Sequence record: PZ445536.1
Length of the DNA stretch: 64,000 nt
DNA from: a phage
Strand: one strand, 5' to 3'
This document shows positions 22,501 to 32,736 of this stretch, in pieces (the first letter of the stretch is position 1; the number at the start of each line of letters is the position of its first letter). Under the pieces are notes generated by a model that saw only the letters and a program-made list of their open reading frames with translations, had not been told where the DNA came from and made no database searches. The position numbers and the translations under genes were made by a program.

Positions 22501-23426
22501 CACGTTCTACTGTATTTGAAGTTGGTGATGAAACATCTAATCACTTTTATTCTCAACGTAATAAAGCTGGTAATATTACGTTTAGCATTAATGGTACTGT
22601 GATGCCAATAAATGTTAACGCTTCCGGTTCATTGAATGCGAATGGCGTTGCAACATTTGGTAGTTCAGTTACTGCTAATGGCGAATTCATCAGCAAGTCT
22701 GCAAATGCTTTTAGAGCAATTAGTGGTGATTACGGATTCTTTATTCGCAATGATGCTGCTACCACATATTTTATGCTCACTGCATCCGGTGATCAGACTG
22801 GCGGATTTAATGGATTACGTCCTTTAGCTATTAATAATGCATCTGGCCAAGTAACGATTGGTGAAAGCTTAATCATTGCCAAAGGTGCTACTATAAATTC
22901 AGATGGTTTGACTGTTAACTCGAGAATTCGTTCTCAGGGTACTAAAACATCTGATTTATATACCCGTGCGCCAACATCTGATACTGTAGGATTCTGGTCA
23001 ATCGATATTAACGATTCAGCCACTTATAACCAGTTCCCGGGTTATTTTAAAATGGTTGAAAAAACTAATGAAGTGACTGGACTTCCATACTTAGAACGTG
23101 GCGAAGAAGTTAAATCTCCTGGTACACTGACACAGTTTGGTAACACACTTGATTCGCTTTACCAAGATTGGATTACTTATCCAACGACACCAGAAGCGCG
23201 TACCACTCGCTGGACACGTACATGGCAGAAAACCAAAAACTCTTGGTCAAGTTTTGTTCAGGTATTTGACGGAGGTAACCCTCCTCAACCATCTGATATC
23301 GGTGCTTTACCATCTGATAATGCTACAATGGGGAATCTTACTATTCGTGATTTCTTACGAATTGGTAATGTTCGCATTATTCCTGACCCAGTGAATAAAA
23401 CGGTTAAATTTGAATGGGTTGAATAA
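19557..23426 (+). CDS. 34: gp34 long tail fiber proximal subunit
   Basis: 1289 aa (T4 gp34 length); internal ~40-aa repeats (TETRRG..IAT..TPKKL); late promoter. Confidence 0.93.
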   Translation: MAEIKRKFRAEDGLDAGGDKIINVALADRTVGTDGVNVDYLIQENTVQQYDPTRGYLKDFVIIYDNRFWAAINDIPKPAGAFNSGRWRALRTDANWITVSSGSYQLKSGEAISVNTAAGNDITFTLPSSPIDGDTIVLQDIGGKPGVNQVLIVAPVQSIVNFRGQQVRSVLMTHPKSQLVLIFSNRLWQMYVADYSREAVVITPASLYQAQSNDFIVRRFTSAAPINVKLPRFANHGDIINFVDLDKLNPLYHTIVTTYDETTSVQEVGTHSIEGRTSIDGFLMFDDNEKLWRLFDGDSKARLRIITTNSNIRPNEEVMVFGANNGTTQTIELQLPTNISVGDTVKISMNYMRKGQTVKIKAAGEDKIASSVQLLQFPKRSEYPPEAEWVTVQELVFNGETNYVPVLQLAYIEDSDGKYWVVQQNVPTVERVDSLNDSTRARLGVIALATQAQANVDLENSPQKELAITPETLANRTATETRRGIARIATTAQVNQNTTFSFADDLIITPKKLNERTATETRRGVAEIATQQETNAGTDDTTIITPKKLQARQGSESLSGIVTFVSTTGATPASSRELNGTNVYNKNTNNLVVSPKALDQYKATPTQQGAVILAVESEVIAGQSQEGWANAVVTPETLHKKTSTDGRIGLIEIATQSEVNTGTDYTRAVTPKTLNDRRATESLSGIAEIATQVEFDAGVDDTRISTPLKIKTRFNSTDRTSVVALSGLVESGTLWDHYTLNILEANETQRGTLRVATQVEAAAGTLDNVLITPKKLLGTKSTESQEGVIKVATQSETVTGTSANTAVSPKNLKWIVQSEPTWAATTAIRGFVKTSSGSITFVGNDTVGSTQSLELYEKNSYAVSPYELNRVLANYLPLKAKAADTNLLDGLDSSQFIRRDIAQTVNGSLTLTQQTNLSAPLVSSSTATFGGSVSANSTLTISNTGTATRLIFEKGPQTGTNPAQTMTIRVWGNQFGGGSDTTRSTVFEVGDETSNHFYSQRNKAGNITFSINGTVMPINVNASGSLNANGVATFGSSVTANGEFISKSANAFRAISGDYGFFIRNDAATTYFMLTASGDQTGGFNGLRPLAINNASGQVTIGESLIIAKGATINSDGLTVNSRIRSQGTKTSDLYTRAPTSDTVGFWSIDINDSATYNQFPGYFKMVEKTNEVTGLPYLERGEEVKSPGTLTQFGNTLDSLYQDWITYPTTPEARTTRWTRTWQKTKNSWSSFVQVFDGGNPPQPSDIGALPSDNATMGNLTIRDFLRIGNVRIIPDPVNKTVKFEWVE

Positions 23427-23434
23427 GAGGTATT

Positions 23435-24550
23435 ATGGAAAAATTTATGGCAGAGTTTGGACAAGGATATGTCCAAACGCCATTTTTATCGGAAAGCAAT
23501 TCAGTAAGATACAAAATAAGTATAGCGGGTTCTTGCCCGCTTTCTACTGCAGGGCCATACGTTAAATTTCAAGATAATCCTGTAGGAAGTCAAACATTTA
23601 GCGCAGGTCTTCATTTAAGAGTTTTTGACCCTTCCACAGGAGCATTAGTTGATAGTAAGTCATATGCTTTTTCGACTTCAAATGATACTACATCAGCTGC
23701 TTTTGTTAGTTTCATGAATTCTTTGACGAATAATCGAATTGTTGCTATATTAACTAGTGGAAAGGTTAATTTTCCTCCTGAAGTAGTATCTTGGTTAAGA
23801 ACCGCCGGAACGTCTGCTTTTCCATCTGATTCTATATTGTCAAGATTCGACGTATCATATGCTGCTTTTTATACTTCTTCTAAAAGAGCTATCGCATTAG
23901 AGCATGTTAAATTAAGTAATAGAAAAAGCACAGATGATTATCAAACTATTTTAGATGTTGTATTTGACAGTTTAGAAGACGTCGGAGCTACCGGGTTTCC
24001 AAGAAGAACGTATGAAAGCGTTGAGCAATTCATGTCAGCGGTTGGTGGAACTAATAACGAAATTGCGCGTCTACCAACTTCAGCTACTATAAGTAAATTA
24101 TCTGATTATAATTTAATTCCTGGCGATGTTCTTTATCTTAAAGCCCAGTTATATGCTGATGCCGATTTACTTGCTCTTGGAACTACGAATATATCCATTC
24201 GATTTTATAATGCATCGAACGGATATATTTCCTCGACACAAGCTGAGTTTACTGGACGGGCTGGGTCTTGGGAATTAAAAGAAGACTATGTAGTTGTTCC
24301 AGAAAACGCTGTAGGATTTACGATATACGCACAAAGAACTGCACAAGCTGGCCAAGGTGGCATGAGGAATTTAAGCTTTTCTGAGGTATCAAGAAATGGC
24401 GGTATTTCAAAACCTGCTGAATTTGGCGTCAATGGTATTCGTGTTAATTATATCTGTGAATCTGCTTCACCTCCGGATATAATGGTACTTCCTACGCAAG
24501 CATCGTCTAAAACTGGTAAAGTGTTTGGGCAAGAATTTAGAGAAGTTTAA
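23435..24550 (+). CDS. 35: gp35 long tail fiber hinge connector
   Basis: 371 aa, position between 34 and 36. Confidence 0.9.
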   Translation: MEKFMAEFGQGYVQTPFLSESNSVRYKISIAGSCPLSTAGPYVKFQDNPVGSQTFSAGLHLRVFDPSTGALVDSKSYAFSTSNDTTSAAFVSFMNSLTNNRIVAILTSGKVNFPPEVVSWLRTAGTSAFPSDSILSRFDVSYAAFYTSSKRAIALEHVKLSNRKSTDDYQTILDVVFDSLEDVGATGFPRRTYESVEQFMSAVGGTNNEIARLPTSATISKLSDYNLIPGDVLYLKAQLYADADLLALGTTNISIRFYNASNGYISSTQAEFTGRAGSWELKEDYVVVPENAVGFTIYAQRTAQAGQGGMRNLSFSEVSRNGGISKPAEFGVNGIRVNYICESASPPDIMVLPTQASSKTGKVFGQEFREV

Positions 24551-24555
24551 ATTGA

Positions 24556-24580
24556 GGGAGCCTTCGGGTTCCCTTTTTCT
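24556..24580 (+). terminator. Rho-independent terminator after gene 35 (UUCG tetraloop)
   Basis: GGGAGCC-UUCG-GGUUCCC hairpin then UUUUUCUUU. Confidence 0.65.
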
Positions 24581-24581
24581 T

Positions 24582-24589
24582 TATAAATA
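24582..24589 (+). promoter_or_regulatory. late promoter TATAAATA for gene 36
   Basis: Exact consensus about 24 nt upstream of the gene 36 ATG. Confidence 0.7.
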
Positions 24590-24612
24590 CTATTAAAATA
24601 AAGGGGCATACA

Positions 24613-25278
24613 ATGGCTGATTTAAAAGTAGGTTCAACAACTGGAGGCTCTGTCATTTGGCATCAAGGAAATTTTCCATTGAATCCAGCCGGTGACGATG
24701 TACTCTATAAATCATTTAAAATATATTCAGAATATAACAAACCACAAGCTGCAGATAACGATTTCGTTTCTAAAGCTAACGGTGGTACTTATGCATCAAA
24801 GGTAACATTTAATGCTGGTGTTCAAGTACCATATGCTATAAACAATACAAACCAAAGTGGTATTTATCCTGGTAATGGAGATGCAGCTACTTTTGTTACA
24901 GCAAATATTGATATTGTTTCATGGTATGGTATTGGTTTTAAATCATCACAGGGTTCAGCAGCCAGAACTGTAGTAATCAATACACGTAATGGTGATATTA
25001 GTACAAAAGGCGTTGTATCCGCTGCAGGTCAAGTAAGAAGTGATGCAGCTGCTCCTATAGCAGCGAATGACCTTACTAGAAAGGACTATGTTGATGGAGC
25101 AATAAATACTGTTACAGCAAATGCAAACTCTAGAGTGTTACGATCTGGTGACACTATGACGGGAAACTTAACCGCACCAAACTTTTTCTCGCAGAATCCT
25201 GCATCTCAACCTTCACATGTTCCACGATTTGACCAAATCGTAATTAAGGATTCTGTTCAAGATTTCGGCTATTATTAA
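24613..25278 (+). CDS. 36: gp36 long tail fiber distal connector
   Basis: 221 aa (T4 gp36 length). Confidence 0.9.
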   Translation: MADLKVGSTTGGSVIWHQGNFPLNPAGDDVLYKSFKIYSEYNKPQAADNDFVSKANGGTYASKVTFNAGVQVPYAINNTNQSGIYPGNGDAATFVTANIDIVSWYGIGFKSSQGSAARTVVINTRNGDISTKGVVSAAGQVRSDAAAPIAANDLTRKDYVDGAINTVTANANSRVLRSGDTMTGNLTAPNFFSQNPASQPSHVPRFDQIVIKDSVQDFGYY

Positions 25279-25286
25279 GAGGACTT

Positions 25287-28200
25287 ATGGCTACTTTAAA
25301 ACAAATACAATTTAAAAGAAGCAAAACCGCAGGTGCACGTCCTGCTGCTTCAGTATTAGCCGAAGGTGAATTGGCTATAAACTTAAAAGATAGAACAATT
25401 TTTACTAAAGATGATTCAGGAAATATCATTGATTTAAGCATTTCCGCTGGCGGTAATATCAGTGGAAATGTAACTATTGATGGAACTTTACGCGTCAATG
25501 GACCAATAAACAATTTTGGAAATTTTTCCACAAGTGGCCAGATTACCGCTGGTAGTAGTATTTCAGCTCAAGTTTTTAGAGCATTGCAAGGTTCGTTTTA
25601 TACAAGAGCATCAAATGATGTCTCAAATGCCCATTTATGGTTTGAAAATGCCGATGGCACTGAACGAGGTGTTATATATGCTCGTCCTCAAACTACAACT
25701 GACGGTGAAATACGCCTTAGGGTTAGACAAGGAACAGGAAGCACCATTAATAGCGAATTCTATTTCCGTTCTATAAACGGCGGTGAATTTCAAGCCAATC
25801 GTATTTTAGCATCAGATTCGTTAGTAACAAAACGCATTGCAGCTGATACAGTTATTCACGGTGGCAAAGCCTTTGGTGTATATGATACGGATTCATTAGT
25901 TAACTACGTATACCCAGGCACCGGTGAAACTAACGGAGTAAACTATCTTCGTAAAGTTCGCGCTAAATCAGGCGGTACCATATGGCATGAGCTTTGTACT
26001 GCTCAATCAGGCCAAGCTGATGAAATGTCTTGGTGGACCGGTTCTACTCCTATTTCAAAACAATTTGGTATTCGTCATGACGGTCGGATGATTGTCCGCA
26101 ATAGTCTTGCATTAGGCACTATGACTACTGATTTTCCATCGAGCGATTATGGTAATGGTGGCGCATTAGGATTCGGTGCTTATTTGGCTCTAGGTGATAA
26201 CGGAACTGGTTTACGCTATCAAAAAACCGGTGTTTATGATTTAGTTGGTTCCGGATTGTCTGTTGCATCTATTACTCCAGATAGTTTCCGTAGTACTCGT
26301 AAAGCATTATTTGGACGTTCAGAAGACCAAGGCACCACATGGATTATGCCTGGAACGAACGCTGCATTTTTATCAGTTCAAACACAGGCTGATGAAAACA
26401 CTGCTGGAGACGGCCAGACGCATATTGGCTATAACTCAGGCGGAAAAATGAACCACTATTTCCGTGGTAAAGGCAAAACTAATATTAATACTCAGGAAGG
26501 TATGGAAGTTAATCCGGGTATTTTGAAATTGGTAACTGGCTCTAATAATGTAATGTTTTATGCTGATGGCGGTATTACATCTGTTAAGCAGCTTTCAATA
26601 TATAATGGCATATATTTAGCAGCTAATAATTCTACTGCTGGGCTAACATTCGCTCCAACTACTACAGTTGATGGTACTAAGCAAATTTTGTGGGAAGGCG
26701 GTACTCGTGCTGGGCAGAATAAAAGCTATGTAACTGTTAAAGCGTGGGGTAATTCATTTAACGCATCTGGCGATCGTTCCCGTGAAACAGTTTTTGAGGT
26801 AGGTGATGGGCAAGGTTACCATTTTTATTCTCAACGTGTAGCTCCTGCGCCTGGTTCGACTGTCGGGCCTATTCAACTCCGAGTTGATGGTGGTTTATTA
26901 ACTTCAGGTAGTATTGTTGCTTCTGGTTCTATTACAACCGAATCTTCTTTGAGTGTTAATAATGGCATGTCAGTAAACGGACAAGCTAAATTCGGTGGAA
27001 CTGCTGATGCATTAAGAATTTGGAATGCCGAATACGGTGCTATTTTCCGTCGCTCAGAAACAGCATTACATATTATCCCGACTCCCAAAGATGCCGGTGA
27101 AAGTGGTGGAATAAGTAATCTCCGCCCACTTAGTATTAGTCTTAATAATGGTATGGTACAAATGCGCCATTCTGTTACGTTAGGCGATGATGGCGCTGGC
27201 GGTAATATGATTACTGTGGACAACGATACCAAACTTGTTGTTGTTACTAGTAATAGTCGCATTTCTCCTAATTACCGTATGCAGGTAGGACAAGCAGCTT
27301 ATATTGATGCTGAATGTACTGACACAGTTCGCCCGGCTGGTGCAGGGTCTTTTGCTTCACAAAATAATGAAAACGTTCGTGCTCCATTCTATATGAATAT
27401 TAATCGCACAGATACAAGTACTTACGTTCCTATTTTGAAACAGCGATATGTCCAAGGAAACAGTTGTTATTCTCTGGGAACTCTAATTAACGGCGGTAAC
27501 TTCAGAGTTCATTATCATGAAGGCGGCGATGGCGGTTCGACTGGCGCTATTATAAAGGATTTAGGTTGGGAATTTACCAAAAATGGTGATTTTATATCTC
27601 CTAAGCGTGTTTCTGCTGGGGGTTCAGTTTATTTAGGTACAGACGGCAATATTACAGGTGGTTCTGGCAATTTTGCTAATTTAAACAGTACAATTGAATC
27701 ACTTAAAACCGATATTGTATCGAGTTACCCAATCGGTGCTCCTATTCCATGGCCAACGGATACTCCTCCTGACGGTTACGCTATTATGGAAGGCCAGACT
27801 TTTGATAAGTCTGCATACCCAAAATTGGCTATGGCTTACCCATCTGGCGTAATTCCAGATATGCGCGGGCAAACTATTAAAGGTAAACCAAGTGGTCGAG
27901 CTGTATTAAGCGCAGAAGCCGATGGTGTTAAGGCTCATAGCCATAGTGCATCGGCTTCAAGTACTGACTTGGGTACTAAAACTACGTCGAGTTTTGATTA
28001 TGGTACTAAGACGACAAGTAGCTTTGACTATGGCACTAAGACTAGCAATACCACAGGTAACCACTCTCATACTGTAAGCGGTACTACGAGTTCTGCTGGT
28101 GCACACCAACATGCGCGCTCAGGTCCTCAGTTACAAGCCGGCATACCCAATAACATATTCTATGACGGATATAATAGTGTAGGTGCAAACGCCAACGCTA

Positions 28201-28481
28201 AAATCACCGGATCTGTGAGCGGTGCTACTGCAGGGTCGAATATAGCCAAAACTTCTTCAGACGGTGCTCATACCCATACTTGGTCTGGTACTACAAGCAC
28301 TACAGGTAACCATGCTCACACAGTAGGTATTGGTGCTCATACCCATACTGTAGGTATCGGTGCTCATACCCACACGGTAGCAATTGGCTCGCATGGTCAT
28401 ACTATCACTGTAAATAGTACAGGTAATACAGAAAACACGGTTAAAAACATCGCTTTTAACTATATCGTTCGTTTAGCATAA
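25287..28481 (+). CDS. 37: gp37 long tail fiber distal subunit (receptor-binding tip with His-box)
   Basis: 1064 aa; C-terminal HxH repeats ([36 protein letters not shown]) typical of the T4-type gp37 needle; shares VFEVGD..HFYSQR box with gp34. Confidence 0.9.
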   Translation: MATLKQIQFKRSKTAGARPAASVLAEGELAINLKDRTIFTKDDSGNIIDLSISAGGNISGNVTIDGTLRVNGPINNFGNFSTSGQITAGSSISAQVFRALQGSFYTRASNDVSNAHLWFENADGTERGVIYARPQTTTDGEIRLRVRQGTGSTINSEFYFRSINGGEFQANRILASDSLVTKRIAADTVIHGGKAFGVYDTDSLVNYVYPGTGETNGVNYLRKVRAKSGGTIWHELCTAQSGQADEMSWWTGSTPISKQFGIRHDGRMIVRNSLALGTMTTDFPSSDYGNGGALGFGAYLALGDNGTGLRYQKTGVYDLVGSGLSVASITPDSFRSTRKALFGRSEDQGTTWIMPGTNAAFLSVQTQADENTAGDGQTHIGYNSGGKMNHYFRGKGKTNINTQEGMEVNPGILKLVTGSNNVMFYADGGITSVKQLSIYNGIYLAANNSTAGLTFAPTTTVDGTKQILWEGGTRAGQNKSYVTVKAWGNSFNASGDRSRETVFEVGDGQGYHFYSQRVAPAPGSTVGPIQLRVDGGLLTSGSIVASGSITTESSLSVNNGMSVNGQAKFGGTADALRIWNAEYGAIFRRSETALHIIPTPKDAGESGGISNLRPLSISLNNGMVQMRHSVTLGDDGAGGNMITVDNDTKLVVVTSNSRISPNYRMQVGQAAYIDAECTDTVRPAGAGSFASQNNENVRAPFYMNINRTDTSTYVPILKQRYVQGNSCYSLGTLINGGNFRVHYHEGGDGGSTGAIIKDLGWEFTKNGDFISPKRVSAGGSVYLGTDGNITGGSGNFANLNSTIESLKTDIVSSYPIGAPIPWPTDTPPDGYAIMEGQTFDKSAYPKLAMAYPSGVIPDMRGQTIKGKPSGRAVLSAEADGVKAHSHSASASSTDLGTKTTSSFDYGTKTTSSFDYGTKTSNTTGNHSHTVSGTTSSAGAHQHARSGPQLQAGIPNNIFYDGYNSVGANANAKITGSVSGATAGSNIAKTSSDGAHTHTWSGTTSTTGNHAHTVGIGAHTHTVGIGAHTHTVAIGSHGHTITVNSTGNTENTVKNIAFNYIVRLA
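27972..28031 (+). repeat. tandem 30-nt coding repeat ([10 protein letters not shown] x2, partial third) in gp37
   Basis: Direct repeat read from sequence with synonymous differences. Confidence 0.75.
28323..28403 (+). repeat. tandem 27-nt coding repeat x3 (VGIGAHTHT His-box units) in gp37
   Basis: gtaggtattggtgctcatacccatact repeated with 2-3 substitutions. Confidence 0.8.
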
Positions 28482-28486
28482 GGAGA

Positions 28487-28500
28487 GGGGCTTCGGCCCC
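28487..28500 (+). other. stem-loop GGGGC-UUCG-GCCCC between genes 37 and 38
   Basis: 5-bp G/C stem with UUCG loop; weak U-tail, likely a processing/stability hairpin rather than a strong terminator. Confidence 0.45.
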
Positions 28501-28508
28501 TTCTGAAT

Positions 28509-29060
28509 ATGAAAATATATCATTATTATTTTGACACTAAAGAATTTTACAAAGAAGAAAATTACAAACCGGTTAAAGGACTCGGTCTTCCTGCTCATTC
28601 AACAATTAAAAAACCTTTAGAACCTAAAGAAGGATACGCAGTTGTATTTGATGAACGTACTCAAGATTGGATTTATGAAGAAGACCATCGCGGCAAACGA
28701 GCATGGACTTTTAATAAAGAAGAAATTTTTATAAGTGACATTGGAAGCCCGGTTGGTATAACCTTTGATGAGCCCGGCGAATTTGATATATGGACTGATG
28801 ACGGTTGGAAAGAAGACGAAACATATAAACGCGTTTTAATTCGCAATAGAAAAATTGAAGAATTATACAAAGAATTCCAAGTTTTAAATAATATGATTGA
28901 AGCTTCTGTCGCGAATAAAAAGGAAAAATTCTATTATAAAAACCTTAAGCGGTTCTTTGCTCTTTTAGAAAAGCATGAGCATTTAGGTGGTGAATTCCCT
29001 TCATGGCCTGAAAAAGAACGGAAACCTTGGTATAAGCGTTTATTCAAGCATTACGTATAA
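28509..29060 (+). CDS. 38: gp38 tail fiber assembly chaperone (T4-type)
   Basis: 183 aa (T4 gp38 length), immediately downstream of 37. Confidence 0.88.
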   Translation: MKIYHYYFDTKEFYKEENYKPVKGLGLPAHSTIKKPLEPKEGYAVVFDERTQDWIYEEDHRGKRAWTFNKEEIFISDIGSPVGITFDEPGEFDIWTDDGWKEDETYKRVLIRNRKIEELYKEFQVLNNMIEASVANKKEKFYYKNLKRFFALLEKHEHLGGEFPSWPEKERKPWYKRLFKHYV

Positions 29061-29063
29061 ATA
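29056..29063 (+). promoter_or_regulatory. late promoter TATAAATA for holin t (overlaps gene 38 stop)
   Basis: Exact consensus 18 nt upstream of the t ATG, followed by AAGGAGG SD. Confidence 0.65.
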
Positions 29064-29080
29064 TCTTAAAAGGAGGGTCT

Positions 29081-29737
29081 ATGGCAGCACCTAGAATATC
29101 ATTTTCGCCCTCTGATATTCTATTTGGTGTTCTAGATCGCTTGTTCAAAGATAACGCTACTGGGAAAGTTCTTGCTTCCCGGGTAGCTGTCGTAATTCTT
29201 TTATTTATGATGGCGATTGTTTGGTATAGGGGAGATAGTTTCTTTGAGTACTATAAGCAATCAAAGTATGAAACATACAGTGAAATTATTGAAAAGGAAA
29301 GAAATGCACGCTTTGAATCTGTCGCCCTGGAACAACTCCAGATAGTTCATATATCATCTGAGGCAGACTTTAGTGCGGTGTATTCTTTCCGCCCTAAAAA
29401 CTTAAACTATTTTGTTGATATTATAGCATACGAAGGAAGATTACCTTCAACAATAACTGAAAAATCACTTGGAGGATATCCTGTTGATAAAACTATGGAT
29501 GAATATATAGTTCATTTAAATGGACGTCATTATTATTCTGACTCAAAATTTGCTTTTTTACCAACTAAAAAGCCTACTCCCGAAATAAACTACATGTACA
29601 GTTGTCCATATTTTAATTTGGATAATATCTATGCTGGAACGATAACCATGTACTGGTATAGAAATGATCATATAAGTAATGACCACCTTGAATCAATATG
29701 CGCTCAGGCGGCCAGAATATTAGGAAGGGCTAAATAA
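29081..29737 (+). CDS. t: holin T (lysis timing, lysis-inhibition sensor)
   Basis: 218 aa (T4 T length); single N-terminal TMD (VAVVILLFMMAIVWY) and large periplasmic domain. Confidence 0.9.
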   Translation: MAAPRISFSPSDILFGVLDRLFKDNATGKVLASRVAVVILLFMMAIVWYRGDSFFEYYKQSKYETYSEIIEKERNARFESVALEQLQIVHISSEADFSAVYSFRPKNLNYFVDIIAYEGRLPSTITEKSLGGYPVDKTMDEYIVHLNGRHYYSDSKFAFLPTKKPTPEINYMYSCPYFNLDNIYAGTITMYWYRNDHISNDHLESICAQAARILGRAK

Positions 29738-30010
29738 TTATTTGTTCGTATACATCTCTAGATATCGATATACACCCTCAAAACCCTCGTTGAATTCGTC
29801 GATGAGGGTTTTCTTATCTTCTTGAGTTAATTCAGAAACAATTTTACGGAATGAATTCTGATTTAATTTTCTACCTTCATGCGTTACTCCAATCTCATTC
29901 AGAAATGCAATAAAATTAGCACGATTCTCAACAATATCTTCTCTGGAAAATTTAATCAAAATAGACGCAACAGTAATAATTTCACGAACTGTATCAATGT
30001 TTTTATTCAT
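29738..30010 (-). CDS. asiA: AsiA anti-sigma70 factor
   Basis: 90 aa, MNKNIDTVREIITVASILIKF; T4 AsiA. Confidence 0.9.
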   Translation of the reverse strand: MNKNIDTVREIITVASILIKFSREDIVENRANFIAFLNEIGVTHEGRKLNQNSFRKIVSELTQEDKKTLIDEFNEGFEGVYRYLEMYTNK

Positions 30011-30019
30011 TAACTATAC

Positions 30020-30175
30020 CACTCAATTAGTTGACTTTGTTATAATATCATCAGACGCTTGATTTGTAAACTGGTCTGTGTTATTTTCTTCAAAAATTTT
30101 TTCTACGAATTCCTTGAACGACTTACGTTCCTGAGCTACATTATGCTCGATTACTTTTTCAAGATTATGACTCAT
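30020..30175 (-). CDS. small hypothetical protein (51 aa)
   Basis: Hand-translated ORF (MSHNLEKVIEHNVAQERKSF...) with ATGA overlap to the arn stop; below ORF-track size cutoff. Confidence 0.4.
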
Positions 30176-30450
30176 TCGAAATAATCTTCAATTTCATAAT
30201 CATGGACGTAAATCATTATAGTTTTTAATACATCATCAATACTTTTTCCTGGAGCTGGAATTACGTAGAAATATCCTGCTTTTGAGAGGTCTTTATAAGT
30301 TCCAATCAAGAAATCATTATTCTCAAGATGTAGTTCTTCAACTAATTCATTAACAATTGAATGGTATAGGTTTGGTAGAAACTTATATAGCTTTTCTAGA
30401 ATATCAATTTTGATTGTGTATTGAACCACGGATTGAGAATCAATAATCAT
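30172..30450 (-). CDS. arn: Arn anti-restriction protein (inhibitor of McrBC)
   Basis: 92 aa (T4 Arn length), highly acidic, position next to asiA. Confidence 0.75.
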   Translation of the reverse strand: MIIDSQSVVQYTIKIDILEKLYKFLPNLYHSIVNELVEELHLENNDFLIGTYKDLSKAGYFYVIPAPGKSIDDVLKTIMIYVHDYEIEDYFE

Positions 30451-30533
30451 AGACCTTCCCCTTATGTTTCTGTTTGCGATTAGATTCTTTAAACGCTTTC
30501 TTCTTATCCTTATGAACAGAAGCTTTATTAAAA

Positions 30534-30752
30534 TTATGTTTTGCGACTAAATTGTTCATAGTGCTGAATTACCTCTCTCAAACATTTGCATGTGAATGAA
30601 AACTTTTTAGCTACACCACATTCAAATATATGTTCTCTTAAATCGCGTGTATCGGTATATCCCATCTCAACAATAAAATGCCGTATTAGATTTTTATCTT
30701 TATCATTGAGAGAATTAAAATAGTCAGATTTTGAATTAATTTCCCTGGCCAA
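30534..30752 (-). CDS. hypothetical protein (72 aa)
   Basis: ORF in arn-motA interval. Confidence 0.55.
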   Translation of the reverse strand: MAREINSKSDYFNSLNDKDKNLIRHFIVEMGYTDTRDLREHIFECGVAKKFSFTCKCLREVIQHYEQFSRKT

Positions 30753-31032
30753 ATTGAATCACCTTCAGTTGACGTTTTAACTCTTTTATCATTTCTTCGT
30801 TCATCGCAATATAAAGATCGCGCAAAGCAGGTTTTAGCGTTCCATTTACTGGAGAACTAAATGGACATATATAATCTTTTCCTACAAGCTTTTTAGTGAA
30901 TTCCATATCACAGAACTTAAATCCAGGCTCATTGGTATAAATTCCCCAATTGGTTGACATCATTTTATTGGCATATTCTAGTGCCTGGATTTGATTCATA
31001 ATTCCATCAATTTGAAACTTTTTAATATTCAT
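30736..31032 (-). CDS. hypothetical protein (98 aa)
   Basis: ORF in arn-motA interval. Confidence 0.55.
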   Translation of the reverse strand: MNIKKFQIDGIMNQIQALEYANKMMSTNWGIYTNEPGFKFCDMEFTKKLVGKDYICPFSSPVNGTLKPALRDLYIAMNEEMIKELKRQLKVIQFGQGN

Positions 31033-31493
31033 TAGTAAAGGTCCTCAGAGTAAAGTTCTTTTTCACTACCACCACGTTCAATACGTACTTGTCCAGCGTA
31101 AGTTGCAATAATCATTGCTTCTTCACGTGTCCAATAATTACTATATTGGTCAATAAACCCTTGGTCATCATCACAAACTTGTTGAGTAACTAATTGAGGT
31201 TTAACTACATCTAAAACTTCTGCCATATCTTTAGAATAATGACGAGCACCTGGAATAATAAGAGTTCGTCCATCTTTTAATTTAAAACGGTTGGCTGCAC
31301 AGACAATTCGTCGTTGATACTTTTGGTTTTCATCCCAATACGCAGTCTGCCAACAGATTTCAGGAACTTCTTTCAGAATATCTTCTTCTGTGCATTTATA
31401 ACCATGCGCTTTAAATTTTTCAACAAGACTTTCTGGAGTTTCACGAGATAAAGGAACATTCAGCATTTTTAAACGATTAATAAATGGGTTCAT
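31032..31493 (-). CDS. hypothetical protein (153 aa)
   Basis: ORF in arn-motA interval. Confidence 0.6.
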   Translation of the reverse strand: MNPFINRLKMLNVPLSRETPESLVEKFKAHGYKCTEEDILKEVPEICWQTAYWDENQKYQRRIVCAANRFKLKDGRTLIIPGARHYSKDMAEVLDVVKPQLVTQQVCDDDQGFIDQYSNYWTREEAMIIATYAGQVRIERGGSEKELYSEDLY

Positions 31494-31819
31494 TTAAACC
31501 ATCCTTTAATACGTTGCCACAAAGTTTTCTGCTGAGCTTTGTTAACACCAATTGAACGAATAACCGGTTGAGATTCCTGGAATTCTTTATAATCAGCAAG
31601 GTAAATTTCGTAAGCTGCATCTGTAAATGAACTTATTGCTGCCATAAAATTATTGCGAATACCTACTGGAGCATCTTTACTTTCACGAATAATCATGTAT
31701 TTACCAGTCTTAATCTTTACGATAGTTCCAAGATAAGCTCCATGGTACCAAATATCCCAACCCTCTTGAGTAGGTTCTGCGCAACGACGAAGTTCATTAA
31801 CGATTTCTAACTTGTTCAT
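31490..31819 (-). CDS. hypothetical protein (109 aa)
   Basis: ORF immediately downstream of motA. Confidence 0.6.
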   Translation of the reverse strand: MNKLEIVNELRRCAEPTQEGWDIWYHGAYLGTIVKIKTGKYMIIRESKDAPVGIRNNFMAAISSFTDAAYEIYLADYKEFQESQPVIRSIGVNKAQQKTLWQRIKGWFK

Positions 31820-31829
31820 TATTTATTCC

Positions 31830-32465
31830 TCACAGTTCAGATGCTACAGTGATTACAGCTTCAATGTTTTCTACCGAGCGTTTAATGTCAAGATACACAT
31901 TACCGTTTTTAGCGATTTTACATGACATTCCGATATCAGTAAATTTCTGAATATGATGTTCCATCATTTTGTATCCAAAAATTCGCATATTTCCATTGTT
32001 GTTAATTTCAAAATTGCGAATTCCGTGAGTGCGTTTTTCTAAAATAGCGAGATAGTTACTGCGATAAGTTTCAACCTTTTTAAGAACAAATCCATTTTCA
32101 TCCAAAAGTTTTAACATGAGGTCTTTATCTTCTTCCATATCAGAAGTAATCTCGCGAGCTTTACGAGTTGCTCGTTTTTTCAGCAGTTCCGGAGCATTTT
32201 CCTGTGCGTATAAAGTTGCTGCGTTTGAAATAATATCCTGAGCTTCACCTGTAATGATTAATCCATCACCAGATTTCTCTACCAGGCCTTTTTTAATCAA
32301 TACCCCAATATTACTATTAACTACTGCGTTACCTAAATCTGGATGCACCTCACGAACTTCTGCAGCTGTAATGAAATCTTTCTTAGCAATAGTAATTAAA
32401 ATCGCAGCAGTTTTTTCATTCAGAACATCGTTAGAAGCTTTGATGATGTAAGTTACTTTAGACAT
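31830..32465 (-). CDS. motA: MotA middle-transcription activator
   Basis: 211 aa, MSKVTYIIKASNDVLNEKTAAIL; T4 MotA. Confidence 0.9.
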   Translation of the reverse strand: MSKVTYIIKASNDVLNEKTAAILITIAKKDFITAAEVREVHPDLGNAVVNSNIGVLIKKGLVEKSGDGLIITGEAQDIISNAATLYAQENAPELLKKRATRKAREITSDMEEDKDLMLKLLDENGFVLKKVETYRSNYLAILEKRTHGIRNFEINNNGNMRIFGYKMMEHHIQKFTDIGMSCKIAKNGNVYLDIKRSVENIEAVITVASEL

Positions 32466-32506
32466 TTTCTAATCTCCGTAATTCTGTATCAGTAGTTGAT
32501 AGTTGT

Positions 32507-32536
32507 ATAGTACCACAGTATGCTTTGGTTGTAAAC
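32507..32536 (-). promoter_or_regulatory. T4-type early promoter cassette for motA
   Basis: rc gtaaac 32531-32536; rc atagta 32507-32512; conserved cassette. Confidence 0.6.
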
Positions 32537-32555
32537 CGTTTTGTGAAAAAATTTT

Positions 32556-32585
32556 AAAATAAAAAGGGAGAGCCTCGGCTCTCCC
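32556..32585 (-). terminator. Rho-independent terminator downstream of gene 52 region
   Basis: GGGAGAGCC-GA-GGCUCUCCC hairpin followed by UUUUUAUUUU on - strand. Confidence 0.7.
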
Positions 32586-32736
32586 TAAAATTACTGCATG
32601 ACAGTTATCACAGTCATGATAACACGTTGAATTCCGAACGCAAGAAGACCTCCTGCTATGGCTGGAACAACGCCTAAACCCGCCAGTAAAATGCCGCCAG
32701 ATACTAATGCTGCGCTTGTAATACCTATAAATGGAC

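Noticed and set aside
26873-27262. Minus-strand ORFs inside tail fiber genes 34/37 (20973..21215, 23285..23476, 25244..25531, 26873..27262, 28673..28870) and plus-strand internal ORFs (22636..22827, 23137..23394, 25516..25776, 26245..26451)
   Set aside because: Embedded in long, clearly coding late genes; alternative-frame artefacts
28321-28403. Possible CRISPR-like short repeats
   Set aside because: The repeats are in-frame coding repeats inside gp37 (His-box units) with no spacers of uniform length and no cas genes; not a CRISPR array
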